Part shown: positions 36,000 through 44,564 of the stretch, piece after piece
How positions within the stretch are numbered: the stretch's first letter is position 1
How the letters are laid out: each line of letters starts with the position of its first letter
Assembly (NCBI GenBank): GCA_963620035.1
Contig: CAVEXN010000001.1
Coordinates: forward strand, 54,792 to 118,791
Source: Oscillospiraceae bacterium
GTDB taxonomy: Bacteria > Bacteroidota > Bacteroidia > Bacteroidales > WCHB1-69
Direction: 5' to 3'
Length of the DNA stretch: 64,000 bases
Position numbers and translations under genes: made by a program
The notes under the pieces: generated by a model
The model's database searches: none
The model's input: only the letters and a program-made list of their open reading frames with translations
Told to the model about the DNA's origin: nothing

Positions 36000-38900
36000 T
36001 AATCTGTGACGTTGCGGCCGTGGCAGTTCTTGTACTTCTTTCCGCTTCCGCATGGGCAGGGGTCGTTGCGCCCTACTTTCTTCTCCACACGGATCGGCTG
36101 GCTGCCCTTGCCACCCTGTGCGACTTGCTTGCCGCCGCCGGGAACCTCTTCGCGCCCCGTGGTCAGTTTCTTGGCCTCCGACTGCGGCAACTGCGCCTCT
36201 CTCATCTGCGCCGGCTCTTCAACCATCGGAATGAAACCCTTGTTCAAGAAACTTACGATTTCCTGACTGATGCGGACAAGTAACTGGTCAAAAAGGTTGA
36301 AGGATTCGAGTTTGTAAATCAACAGCGGGTCTTTCTGTTCGTAGGAGGCATTCTGCACACTGTCTTTCAAATCGTCCATGGCGCGCAGGTGTTCTTTCCA
36401 GGCGTTGTCGATGACCGCCAAGGTGATGCCTTTCTCAAACGAGAGCCCCACCTCGCGACCTCTCGTCTCATAGCACTTCTTGAGCGGGGCTACGATGCTG
36501 ATGTTCTTGTTGCCATCCGTGAAAGGAATGGCGATATTCTGGAAGCGGTCGCCATGCTCCAGATACACTTTCTCGATAACGGGATAGGCCTGTTCGCTTA
36601 CATGTTTGATTTTCTCTTTATAATGATCATAAACGACAGGATAGAGTTTTCCAACCAAGTTTTGCGGACGCTCTTGCAGGAAATAGGACTCCTCAAAAGG
36701 TGTTTCGACTCCGAAAAACTTAATCATGTCCATACTGAATGACTCGAAGTCCTTGTCCTCCCAGTTCTTGTTGACAACTGTTTCGCACACATCTTCAAAC
36801 ATCTGGGCAATGTCGATGGCAAGGCGGTCGCCGAAGAGGGCGTTGCGTCTTTTGCGGTAGATGGTAGAACGTTGCTTGTTCATCACGTCGTCATACTCGA
36901 GCAGTCGTTTGCGGATTCCGAAGTTGTTTTCCTCCACTTTCTTCTGTGCGCGCTCGATAGACTTGGAGATCATCCTGTGCTGGATAACATCGCCGTCTTG
37001 GTGTCCCATCTGGTCCATAACCTTGGCGATACGGTCGGAGCCGAAAAGCCGCATCAAGTTGTCTTCGAGGGAGACAAAGAACTGCGAGCTTCCGGGGTCG
37101 CCTTGACGTCCGGAACGGCCTCGCAGCTGGCGGTCCACGCGGCGCGAGTCGTGGCGTTCAGTGCCTATGATGGCCAGTCCTCCCTTTTCCCTGACCGCCG
37201 GGGTAAGTTTGATGTCGGTACCGCGGCCTGCCATATTGGTGGCAATAGTGATCGTGCCCTCGTGCCCGGCTTCGGCAACAATGTCGGCCTCTTTCTTGTG
37301 CAACTTGGCATTCAGCACGTTATGCGGCATCTTGCGCCGGGTCAAGATATTGGAGAGCAGTTCCGAAGTTTCCACGGAAGTGGTGCCCACCAACACAGGG
37401 CGTCCCTCCTCGTGCAACCGGATGATTTCATCTACCACCGCCTTGTATTTCTCCCGTTTGGTTTTATATACCAAGTCGTTGGCATCTTCTCTGATGACGG
37501 GTTTGTTTGTTGGGATAACCACCACATCAAGTTTGTAGATATTCCAGAACTCGCCGGCCTCCGTCTCTGCGGTACCGGTCATGCCGGCCAGTTTCTTGTA
37601 CATCCGGAAATAATTCTGCAGTGTAATGGTGGCATACGTCTGGGTGGCGGCCTCGACTTTCACATTCTCCTTGGCTTCGATAGCCTGATGCAAGCCGTCA
37701 GAATAGCGGCGGCCTTCCATAATACGTCCCGTCTGTTCGTCCACGATTTTCACCTTGTTGTCAATAATGACATATTCCACATCCTTGGCAAACATCGTAT
37801 AGGCTTTCAGCAGTTGATGAATGGTGTGGATACGGTCGGAGGCGGCAGCAAAATTGGTATATATCTCATTTTTGCGGAGAGTTTTCTCCTGAGGGGTGAG
37901 TTGTTCCTTTTCGAGTTCTGCGATCTCGGCCCCGACATCGGGCATGATGAACATCTTGGCCTCGTCGGCATCCTTGCTGACCAGGTCAATACCTTTCTCC
38001 ATTATGTCTACCGTATTCTGCTTTTCTTCGATGACGAAATAGAGTTCGTCGTCGATGAGCGGCATATTACGGTTCTGGTCTTGCATAAAGAAAGACTCCG
38101 TCCGTTGGAGCACCTGCTTCATACCAGGTTCGCTGAGGAACTTGATGAGAGCCGTATTCTTAGGAAGCCCCCGATGGGCGCGCAACAGCAGCATGGCGCT
38201 TTCATCCTGCGGTTTAGGGTCGGGGTTCTCTGCCAGCATCTTCTTGGCTTTTGCCAAAATTTCTGTTACGTATGCACGCTGGGCATCATAAAGTTTTTGC
38301 ACTATGGGCTTGTATTTGTCAAAATCCTGCTGGTCGCCTTTCGGTGTCGGGCCGGAGATGATAAGCGGGGTACGGGCATCGTCAATCAACACAGAGTCCA
38401 CCTCATCCACAATGGCGTAATTGTGTGGACGCTGCACCAGTTCTCCGATGTTTCGTGCCATATTGTCACGCAGGTAGTCGAATCCGAACTCATTGTTGGT
38501 TCCGTAGGTGATGTCGGCGTTATAGGCGCGGCGGCGCTCGTCAGAGTTTGGCTCGTGCTTGTCGATGCAATCTACCGTCAGACCGAGGAACTCGTATAGT
38601 CGTCCCATCCATTCGGAGTCACGTTTGGCAAGGTAGTCATTGACTGTAACCACGTGAACGCCCTTGCCCGGCAGTGCGTTAAGGTAAACCGGCAGCGTAG
38701 CCACGAGGGTTTTGCCCTCGCCCGTCGCCATCTCGGCAATCTTGCCTTCGTGCAGCACAATGCCGCCGATGATCTGCACGTCATAATGGCACATATCCCA
38801 GGTGATCATATTGCCGCCGGCAGACCATCTGTTGTGGTAGCGCGCCTTGTCGTCGTCAATCTCTATGCCGTCGTGCGTGGCGGCAAGGTCACGGTCAAGC

Positions 38901-39307
38901 TGGGTGGCGGTCACTTCAACATACTCATTGTCCTTGAAACGTCGCGCAGCCTCCTTCATCACCGAGAATGCCTCCGGAAGAATCTCGTCAAGTACCTCCT
39001 GAGTGGTCTTGTAAACCTTGTCCTCCAGTTTCTCTACCTCTTTGTAGAGCCCCTGCTTCTCCTCGATGGGAAGATCATAGTTCTCGTCCAGATAATTCTG
39101 GATTTCTTTCAGGCGAAGTTCCTCCTTTTCTGTGGCCTTTCTTATCTGTTCTCTGAACTCTACGGTTTTGTGCCGCAATTCGTCGGTTGAAAGGTTCTTG
39201 ATTGTCTCGTAAGCCTGCAGCGTTCTGGTCAGTTTGGGCTGCAGCTCTTTCATATCTCTGTCGGCTTTGGTGCCGAAAAGTTTTGTCAGGAAATTTGCCA
39301 TATTCAA
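35999..39307 (-). CDS. secA: preprotein translocase ATPase SecA
   Basis: The 1102-aa product has Walker [28 protein letters not shown] and the C-terminal zinc motif [14 protein letters not shown]. Confidence 0.97.
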   Translation of the reverse strand: MNMANFLTKLFGTKADRDMKELQPKLTRTLQAYETIKNLSTDELRHKTVEFREQIRKATEKEELRLKEIQNYLDENYDLPIEEKQGLYKEVEKLEDKVYKTTQEVLDEILPEAFSVMKEAARRFKDNEYVEVTATQLDRDLAATHDGIEIDDDKARYHNRWSAGGNMITWDMCHYDVQIIGGIVLHEGKIAEMATGEGKTLVATLPVYLNALPGKGVHVVTVNDYLAKRDSEWMGRLYEFLGLTVDCIDKHEPNSDERRRAYNADITYGTNNEFGFDYLRDNMARNIGELVQRPHNYAIVDEVDSVLIDDARTPLIISGPTPKGDQQDFDKYKPIVQKLYDAQRAYVTEILAKAKKMLAENPDPKPQDESAMLLLRAHRGLPKNTALIKFLSEPGMKQVLQRTESFFMQDQNRNMPLIDDELYFVIEEKQNTVDIMEKGIDLVSKDADEAKMFIMPDVGAEIAELEKEQLTPQEKTLRKNEIYTNFAAASDRIHTIHQLLKAYTMFAKDVEYVIIDNKVKIVDEQTGRIMEGRRYSDGLHQAIEAKENVKVEAATQTYATITLQNYFRMYKKLAGMTGTAETEAGEFWNIYKLDVVVIPTNKPVIREDANDLVYKTKREKYKAVVDEIIRLHEEGRPVLVGTTSVETSELLSNILTRRKMPHNVLNAKLHKKEADIVAEAGHEGTITIATNMAGRGTDIKLTPAVREKGGLAIIGTERHDSRRVDRQLRGRSGRQGDPGSSQFFVSLEDNLMRLFGSDRIAKVMDQMGHQDGDVIQHRMISKSIERAQKKVEENNFGIRKRLLEYDDVMNKQRSTIYRKRRNALFGDRLAIDIAQMFEDVCETVVNKNWEDKDFESFSMDMIKFFGVETPFEESYFLQERPQNLVGKLYPVVYDHYKEKIKHVSEQAYPVIEKVYLEHGDRFQNIAIPFTDGNKNISIVAPLKKCYETRGREVGLSFEKGITLAVIDNAWKEHLRAMDDLKDSVQNASYEQKDPLLIYKLESFNLFDQLLVRISQEIVSFLNKGFIPMVEEPAQMREAQLPQSEAKKLTTGREEVPGGGKQVAQGGKGSQPIRVEKKVGRNDPCPCGSGKKYKNCHGRNVTD

Positions 39308-39323
39308 ACGGGTTTAAAGTCGG

Positions 39324-39331
39324 CAAAAATA
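39324..39331 (-). promoter_or_regulatory. -7 promoter box (TATTTTTG on the minus strand) for secA
   Basis: CAAAAATA on the plus strand lies 17 nt upstream of the secA ATG. Confidence 0.5.
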
Positions 39332-39510
39332 CAAAAATTGTGCCATAAGGATAAGCCTGACGAAATGACTGTCAGGGCGGGCTTTCCTGCTCCCCGTTTT
39401 ATAACTTTCCAAGTTGAACTTATACCACGGATGCCGGCACGGTTGGAGTCCATTCGGTTGACGACTATAATATTCAATGGCGAAATAGTCAGACACATCA
39501 AAAAAAAATG

Positions 39511-39518
39511 TATTTTTG
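39511..39518 (+). promoter_or_regulatory. -7 promoter box (TATTTTTG) for the TPR-ribH-fmt unit
   Basis: An exact motif lies 31 nt upstream of the ATG at 39549. Confidence 0.55.
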
Positions 39519-39548
39519 CGCCTCAAAAAAACATTATTATCAACAGCT

Positions 39549-40253
39549 ATGGCAAGTAACGAAAAAGTAGGCACAAAGAAAGTTGACCAGCAAGAGAATA
39601 AAGAAAACATTGTAACAAAAATTCTCGCTTTCTTCAACAAATACCAGAACATCATATACGGTGTCCTCATCGGCATCTTGGTGATAGCATGCGCGCTCAT
39701 CGCCCTGAACCGATTCTATATCCAGAAAAGAAATGGCGAAGCTTCAGCGCAGATGACTGCACCAATCAACCTTTTCATGGCGGGAGACTCCACATCCCTG
39801 AACCTTGCGTTGGAGGGCGATGATGAAAACAGCGGTTTCCTGTCAATTGCAAACAGTTACAAACTCACCAAGACAGCAAACACGGCACACTATTATGCAG
39901 GTCTTTGCTATCTTAAACTCGGACAGAAAGACGAAGCGCTTTCAAACCTCAAGAAATTCAAGAAAAAAGAAGAGGTGCTCTGGTACGCATGCCAGGCTAC
40001 TATCGGCGACCTTTACGATGAGCAAGGAGACGAGGCTGCCGCTTTGAAATATTACAAAAAAGCCGCCAAAAGCGAAGATCCTTTCTTTACGCCCATAACC
40101 CTCTTTAAGATAGGGCAACTCTATGAAAGACAGGAAAAATGGAACGAAGCCTTGTCTGCATACCGTCAGATTGAAGACAGGTTCTATACCGAATACAACA
40201 AAATGAATATTTCCCAATATGTGGAAAGAGTTCAGCAGAAAGTTTCAAAATAG
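39549..40253 (+). CDS. membrane-anchored tetratricopeptide-repeat protein
   Basis: It has an N-terminal TM helix (IIYGVLIGILVIACALIAL) and TPR-like repeats (AHYYAGLCYLKLGQKDEA, LFKIGQLYERQEKWNEA). Confidence 0.55.
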   Translation: MASNEKVGTKKVDQQENKENIVTKILAFFNKYQNIIYGVLIGILVIACALIALNRFYIQKRNGEASAQMTAPINLFMAGDSTSLNLALEGDDENSGFLSIANSYKLTKTANTAHYYAGLCYLKLGQKDEALSNLKKFKKKEEVLWYACQATIGDLYDEQGDEAAALKYYKKAAKSEDPFFTPITLFKIGQLYERQEKWNEALSAYRQIEDRFYTEYNKMNISQYVERVQQKVSK

Positions 40254-40260
40254 GATTTGA

Positions 40261-40767
40261 ATGACAGAAAAGAAACAAAATCTCTCTGAATTTACCCCAT
40301 TTACACTTAACTCAGCTCAAGACATAAAAATCGGTATTGTGGTCAGCGAATGGAACGACCACATTACCGGTTCTTTATTTGATGGTGCTTACGACACCTT
40401 GACAAGTCATGGTGTTCCGGCGGCAAATATCATCGTGCAACACGTGCCGGGCAGTTTTGAACTTCCCTCCGCTGCGGAAATCATGTTCCGCAATATGGAC
40501 TTGGACGGTATCATCTGCATCGGCTGCATCATCCAAGGCGAGACACGCCATTTTGAGTTTATCGCCCACGCTGTAGCTCATGGCATTATGGATGTGGGTC
40601 TGAAACACGGCAAACCAACCATTTTCAGCGTGCTGACATGCAACGATATGCAGCAGGCCGAAGACCGTTCCGGCGGAAGGCATGGCAACAAAGGTGTGGA
40701 GGGAGCAGTCAGCTGTCTCAAGATGATAGAGATGGAACGCCGTATTGATAAAGAGTCTGGAAAATAG
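40261..40767 (+). CDS. ribH: 6,7-dimethyl-8-ribityllumazine synthase
   Basis: VPGSFELP and GCIIQGETRHFEF motifs are present. The product is 168 aa. Confidence 0.9.
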   Translation: MTEKKQNLSEFTPFTLNSAQDIKIGIVVSEWNDHITGSLFDGAYDTLTSHGVPAANIIVQHVPGSFELPSAAEIMFRNMDLDGIICIGCIIQGETRHFEFIAHAVAHGIMDVGLKHGKPTIFSVLTCNDMQQAEDRSGGRHGNKGVEGAVSCLKMIEMERRIDKESGK

Positions 40768-40773
40768 AAAGAG

Positions 40774-41730
40774 ATGAAAGTCGTTTTTATGGGCACGCCC
40801 GAATTTGCCGTAGCTGTGCTCGACAGCATACGCACACACGGCCACGAGGTTGTCGGGGTGGTCACAACACCGGACAAGCCGGCAGGACGCGGTCAACGTC
40901 TCCGTTTTTCGGCTGTGAAAACATATGCACAGGAAAACGGACTGTTCCTGATGCAGCCCGACAAACTCAAAGACGAGAAGTTTGTGCAGCGGCTCCGGCA
41001 GTTGCATGCCGATGTTTTTGTGGTTGTGGCTTTCCGGATGTTGCCGAAGCAGGTTTATGCCATACCCCCGAAAGGCACCTTTAACGTGCATGCCTCTTTG
41101 TTGCCGCAGTACCGCGGCGCAGCACCTATTCAATGGGCAATCATGAACGGGGAAACGGAAAGCGGCGTCACCACATTCCTGCTTGACGAGCATACGGACA
41201 CCGGCGCTGTGCTGTCCCGCAAAACCGTGCCTGTCACAAGGGAAGACACCGCCGGAACACTGCACGACAAACTTATGCTCGCCGGTGCATCCCTCGCCGT
41301 GGAGACACTGCAATTGTTATCCTCCGACAACGTGCAGACGTTTCCGCAGTGCAATGCCGGCGAACTGAAGCCCGCACCTAAGATTTTCAGGAAAGACATG
41401 CACATCGATTGGAACGACACCGCCGAACATATTTACAATAAAGTCAGAGGGCTATCCCCTTATCCCGCCTCATTCTCCTATATAAGGTGCATCGAGAATG
41501 GCGCGGAACATGACCTGAACCTCAAAATCCTGTCGTGCCAAATCACGGGAAAGAGAAGTCTTGGGAAGCCGGGCACAATCACTGTTCTTGACAATGAAAC
41601 GATGTTGGTTTCGACAAAAGATGCAGAAATTGCCATCCTGGAATTGCAATTGGAGGGAAAAAAACGGCTTGAAACGGCAAAATTCTTGGCAGGTTTCAGG
41701 GCGGAAAACTTCATCCTTGAACTCTTCTGA
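40774..41730 (+). CDS. fmt: methionyl-tRNA formyltransferase
   Basis: MKVVFMGTPEFAV, HASLLPQYRGAAPIQWAI and a C-terminal domain are present. Confidence 0.92.
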   Translation: MKVVFMGTPEFAVAVLDSIRTHGHEVVGVVTTPDKPAGRGQRLRFSAVKTYAQENGLFLMQPDKLKDEKFVQRLRQLHADVFVVVAFRMLPKQVYAIPPKGTFNVHASLLPQYRGAAPIQWAIMNGETESGVTTFLLDEHTDTGAVLSRKTVPVTREDTAGTLHDKLMLAGASLAVETLQLLSSDNVQTFPQCNAGELKPAPKIFRKDMHIDWNDTAEHIYNKVRGLSPYPASFSYIRCIENGAEHDLNLKILSCQITGKRSLGKPGTITVLDNETMLVSTKDAEIAILELQLEGKKRLETAKFLAGFRAENFILELF

Positions 41731-41837
41731 TACATTATTTATATATATCCCCTCTGATTGGAGACTATTGTAAAACAAAAAAATATCAGAAAAAAACAAA
41801 AATCGCAGGAAAAGAACGTGACCTATCTGTTTTTTGT

Positions 41838-41845
41838 TACATTTG
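41838..41845 (+). promoter_or_regulatory. -7 promoter box (TACATTTG) for hup
   Basis: An exact TAnnTTTG match lies 42 nt upstream of the ATG. Confidence 0.5.
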
Positions 41846-41886
41846 CACTCGTCAAATAATATTTCAACTTTTAAATTAAAAAAACA

Positions 41887-42150
41887 ATGAACAAGAATGA
41901 TTTAATCGCTGCTATGGCTGAAAAGGCCGGCCTTACAAAGGCTCAGGCCAAAAGTGCACTCGATGCTTTCACAGCCACCACGAGTGAGGCCTTGAAGAAT
42001 GGTGACAAGATCTCTATCACAGGCTTCGGCGCATTTGAAGTCAAAGAGCGCGCAGCAAGAAAAGGACGCAATCCCCAAACCAACACCGAAATTGAAATTC
42101 CGGCCAAGTCAATTGTCCGTTTCAAGGCCGGCTCTGAACTGAAATTCTAA
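41887..42150 (+). CDS. hup: HU family DNA-binding protein
   Basis: MNKNDLIAAMAEKAGLTKAQAKSALDAF...GRNPQT is a canonical HU sequence. Confidence 0.92.
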   Translation: MNKNDLIAAMAEKAGLTKAQAKSALDAFTATTSEALKNGDKISITGFGAFEVKERAARKGRNPQTNTEIEIPAKSIVRFKAGSELKF

Positions 42151-42170
42151 TTATCAAAACGTAAGACGTG

Positions 42171-42198
42171 AAAAAGCCCTTGTGTCAGGGCTTTTTTT
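42171..42198 (+). terminator. intrinsic terminator after hup
   Basis: The stem AGCCCT/AGGGCT is flanked by an A-run and a T-run. Confidence 0.7.
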
Positions 42199-42214
42199 GT
42201 TTGTTTAATGGTTT

Positions 42215-42907
42215 ATGAGAGACATCACTGACCCCACGCTGATAGAAGAAATCATAGCATATTTGTCCGGATTTGTCACAGATGTCCGTCGCGGCAGAAT
42301 GGCTGAAGTGCTGGCTAACCGCACCCGGCACGTCACTGTAGTGTTGGAAGACTTATACCAGACGCAGAACATCAGTGCCGTGATGCGCACTTGCGAGTGT
42401 TACGGCATACAGGATGCCTACATAGTAGAAAACAGGAACGAGTTCGAGATACATCGCGACATCAGCATGGGAGCCGACAAATGGCTTACGCTGCATCGTT
42501 ACCCGCATGGGGATGGCAATGTCAAAAAGTGTATCGATGACCTTCACGCTCAGGGTTATAAAGTGGTGGCGACACTTCCCGACGAGCGGAAGACATCCGT
42601 CTGGGACTTGCCCGTGGAGCAGAAAACCGCATTCCTGTTCGGCACAGAGTTGACCGGTCTGTCTGACGAGGCCGTACAATATGCCGACTGCAATGCCTTG
42701 ATTCCGATGTACGGTTTTACCGAAAGTTTCAATATCTCGAACTCGGTCGCCATAATCCTCTCCGGATTTACCGAAAGACTGCGTCGTTCGGCGGTTGACT
42801 GGCATCTTGACCCGGAAGAGACCCGCTCGCTCTATTTCCGTTGGCTTCAGAAAAGTGTCCGTGACCCTGACAGCATCATTGACCATTACCTGAAGACGAG
42901 GGGATGA
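42215..42907 (+). CDS. SpoU/TrmH family RNA 2'-O-methyltransferase (TrmH-like)
   Basis: SPOUT motifs are present: NISAVMRTCECYG, FGTELTGLS and ESFNISNSVAI. Confidence 0.7.
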   Translation: MRDITDPTLIEEIIAYLSGFVTDVRRGRMAEVLANRTRHVTVVLEDLYQTQNISAVMRTCECYGIQDAYIVENRNEFEIHRDISMGADKWLTLHRYPHGDGNVKKCIDDLHAQGYKVVATLPDERKTSVWDLPVEQKTAFLFGTELTGLSDEAVQYADCNALIPMYGFTESFNISNSVAIILSGFTERLRRSAVDWHLDPEETRSLYFRWLQKSVRDPDSIIDHYLKTRG

Positions 42908-43472
42908 TCGCCAGTTTGCGCCACTTCAGATAGCCGAAGATTGCAATCAACGTATAAACCGAGAAAAGAATGGCCGTAGGGTAAAGCCCTTTCCAAGTAT
43001 AAAGGACGACAGAAACAAGGTCAACAACTACCCATAGAAGCCATTGTTCGGCATATTTGCGCGACAGCATCCACATGGCCACAATACTCAACGAGGTGGT
43101 GAATCCGTCACCTATAGGTACCACGCTGTCGGTCAGAAATTTCAGGATTGACGAAAACGCCAGCCAAAGTACGGCGGTTACGACCATAGACTTAAGCAGA
43201 CTGCGAGAAGTGACCCGGGTAATCGGAATCTCCTCTTCATTTCCCGTAGGGTTCCTCTTCCGGTTTTTAATCCAGAAAATCCAGCCGTAAACATTGGCGC
43301 CGATGTAATACAGGTTAAGGGCGGCATCCGCATAGAACTTTCCGTGAAAGAAAATGACCACATAAAACAACGACATCAGAATGCCGACAGGCCAAAGACT
43401 TACATGAGCCTTGTATTCAAGAAACAGGTATATCAGCCCGATGACTGCGCCGACAATCTCAACAACATCCAT
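42876..43472 (-). CDS. pnuC: nicotinamide riboside transporter PnuC
   Basis: The 198-aa polytopic product carries EYKAHVSLWPVGI...GWIFW... and the WxxW-type PnuC pattern. The start was moved to the ATG after the promoter box. Its 3' end overlaps the convergent trmH-like gene by 32 nt. Confidence 0.8.
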   Translation of the reverse strand: MDVVEIVGAVIGLIYLFLEYKAHVSLWPVGILMSLFYVVIFFHGKFYADAALNLYYIGANVYGWIFWIKNRKRNPTGNEEEIPITRVTSRSLLKSMVVTAVLWLAFSSILKFLTDSVVPIGDGFTTSLSIVAMWMLSRKYAEQWLLWVVVDLVSVVLYTWKGLYPTAILFSVYTLIAIFGYLKWRKLAIIPSSSGNGQ

Positions 43473-43490
43473 TCTTTTTTGAGTAGAAAC

Positions 43491-43541
43491 GGCGGCAAAA
43501 ATACAAAAAATGAAGTCTCTTTTTTTTGTATTTTTGCCGCC
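43491..43541. promoter_or_regulatory. perfect 20-bp inverted repeat containing two divergent -7 promoter boxes (pnuC leftward, dsrC rightward)
   Basis: GGCGGCAAAAATACAAAAAA (43491-43510) and TTTTTTGTATTTTTGCCGCC (43522-43541) are exact reverse complements. The boxes lie at 43496-43503 (minus strand) and 43529-43536 (plus strand). Confidence 0.7.
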
Positions 43542-43559
43542 TGTAAAACACTTGTAATT

Positions 43560-43877
43560 ATGGCAAATATTGAATACGAAGGAAAAACGTACGAGTTGGA
43601 CGGCGACGGCTTCATGCTTAAGCCGGAAGAGTGGACTGAAGGCCTTGCCGCTGCTATCGCCAAGGTGGACGGCATCGAAGAGTTGAACGAAAACCACTGG
43701 AAAATCATCCGTTGCATCCGCGAGAATTACGAAGAGAAGGGTATTGCCCCGATGGTGCGCGTCATCTGCAAGACTTCAGGATTGAAACTGAAAGAGATAT
43801 ACGAACTGTTCCCTTTAGGCCCTGCCAGAGGAGCCTGCCGCATTGCCGGACTTCCGAAACCGGAGGGTTGCGTATAA
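43560..43877 (+). CDS. dsrC: DsrC-type sulfur relay protein (TusE/DsrC/DsvC family) with both conserved C-terminal cysteines
   Basis: The 105-aa product resembles sulfate-reducer DsrC along its length. The C-terminus is GACRIAGLPKPEGCV, with Cys-x10-Cys and a penultimate Cys. Confidence 0.85.
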   Translation: MANIEYEGKTYELDGDGFMLKPEEWTEGLAAAIAKVDGIEELNENHWKIIRCIRENYEEKGIAPMVRVICKTSGLKLKEIYELFPLGPARGACRIAGLPKPEGCV

Positions 43878-43898
43878 GCTCAAAAACAAATCGCGCTT

Positions 43899-44543
43899 AT
43901 GTTGCCAATCCAATATATTGCCCTGGCTGCCGTGTTGTGCTGCTTCTGCGGAATGATGACATTCTTTGTCAGAATTGTCATGTCAGGCAAGCCTAAAGAC
44001 CTGTCGGAGAAGAGTGGCGACACAACTAAGGGCATCTTGTATGCAAACACGATTGCTATGGCTCCGAAAAATAAGGAGTCGGCATATTTGCATATCCCTA
44101 CGTATGCTTCCGGCATGCTTTTCCATATCGGCACTTTCTGCTGCCTGCTCCTGTTCGTGCTTTCGTTCTTCCCGTTCTTCGGACGATGGATGAACAACTT
44201 GCCGGTCTTGCGGGTGCTTCTTGCAGCGGCCGTGTCAGTGGCATGCATCTGCGGATGCGCCATGCTGCTGAAAAGGGCATTTTCGAAAGACTTGAGGCCG
44301 CTTTCTACACCGGACGACTATATTTCCACCGCTTTGACCACCACATTCCAGTTGTTCACCGTGCTGTATTTGTGTCTTTTATGCGTCCCGACCGTTGTTG
44401 TCCTATATTATATTGCCAGCATTCTGCTGTTCCTGTATATGCCGTTAGGAAAACTGAGGCATGTTGTGTTTTATTTTGCGGCACGCTATCACCTTGGCTT
44501 CTTCTATGGATGGCGGAACGTATGGCCCAAGCATGAAGATTAA
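43899..44543 (+). CDS. NarI/DsrM-like integral membrane protein (putative di-haem b subunit), tentative
   Basis: It has about 5 TM helices. His pairs lie at residues 65/76 (TM2) and 188/198 (last TM). PLGKLRHVV resembles the PF(T/S)(K/R)LxH segment of the NarI/HdrE/DsrM family. It starts 22 nt after dsrC. Confidence 0.45.
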   Translation: MLPIQYIALAAVLCCFCGMMTFFVRIVMSGKPKDLSEKSGDTTKGILYANTIAMAPKNKESAYLHIPTYASGMLFHIGTFCCLLLFVLSFFPFFGRWMNNLPVLRVLLAAAVSVACICGCAMLLKRAFSKDLRPLSTPDDYISTALTTTFQLFTVLYLCLLCVPTVVVLYYIASILLFLYMPLGKLRHVVFYFAARYHLGFFYGWRNVWPKHED

Positions 44544-44564
44544 ACCCGATAAAACTTTTGCATC

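Noticed and set aside
36872-38599. A 575-aa ORF lies antisense to secA. Similar long antisense ORFs lie at 3242-4258 (vs the POT transporter), 40375-41313 (vs ribH/fmt), 47089-47817 (vs tuf), 29682-30533 (vs holA), 31334-32038 (vs the methyltransferase), 13508-14131 and 14903-15502 (vs the S46 peptidase), and 22799-23572 and 24275-25003 (vs nrdJ).
   Set aside because: Each lies entirely inside a confidently identified gene on the other strand. Their translations are low-complexity (rich in V, G, H, R and F) with no recognisable motifs, and they lack promoter boxes. This is the usual stop-poor shadow frame of a coding region.
39341-39507. About 170 nt between the divergent secA and TPR promoter boxes contain a CCTGAC/GTCAGG hairpin and the string GTCAGGGCGGGCTTTCCTGCTCC. 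I considered an SRP RNA or other small RNA.
   Set aside because: The SRP domain IV consensus (GGAA tetraloop flanked by AGCA and GUCAGG in the proper arrangement) is not present in either orientation. No promoter box points into the region.
42876-42907. Convergent 3'-end overlaps occur between the trmH-like gene and pnuC (32 nt) and between the HI0933-like gene and meaB (30 nt, 54955-54984).
   Set aside because: Short convergent overlaps are common in compact genomes, and both partners have intact family-typical C-termini. I noted them, but they are not evidence of anything unusual.
43344-43559. The ORF-track N-terminal extensions run through promoter regions. Examples are dsrC from 43344, pnuC to 43697, rfbD from 45859, the CCG protein to 22595, purA from 4693, gmk from 52459 and the HI0933-like gene from 53782.
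   Set aside because: The extensions cross TAnnTTTG promoter boxes or overlap the preceding gene, and they add non-homologous residues. An internal ATG gives an N-terminus that matches the family, so starts were moved downstream.
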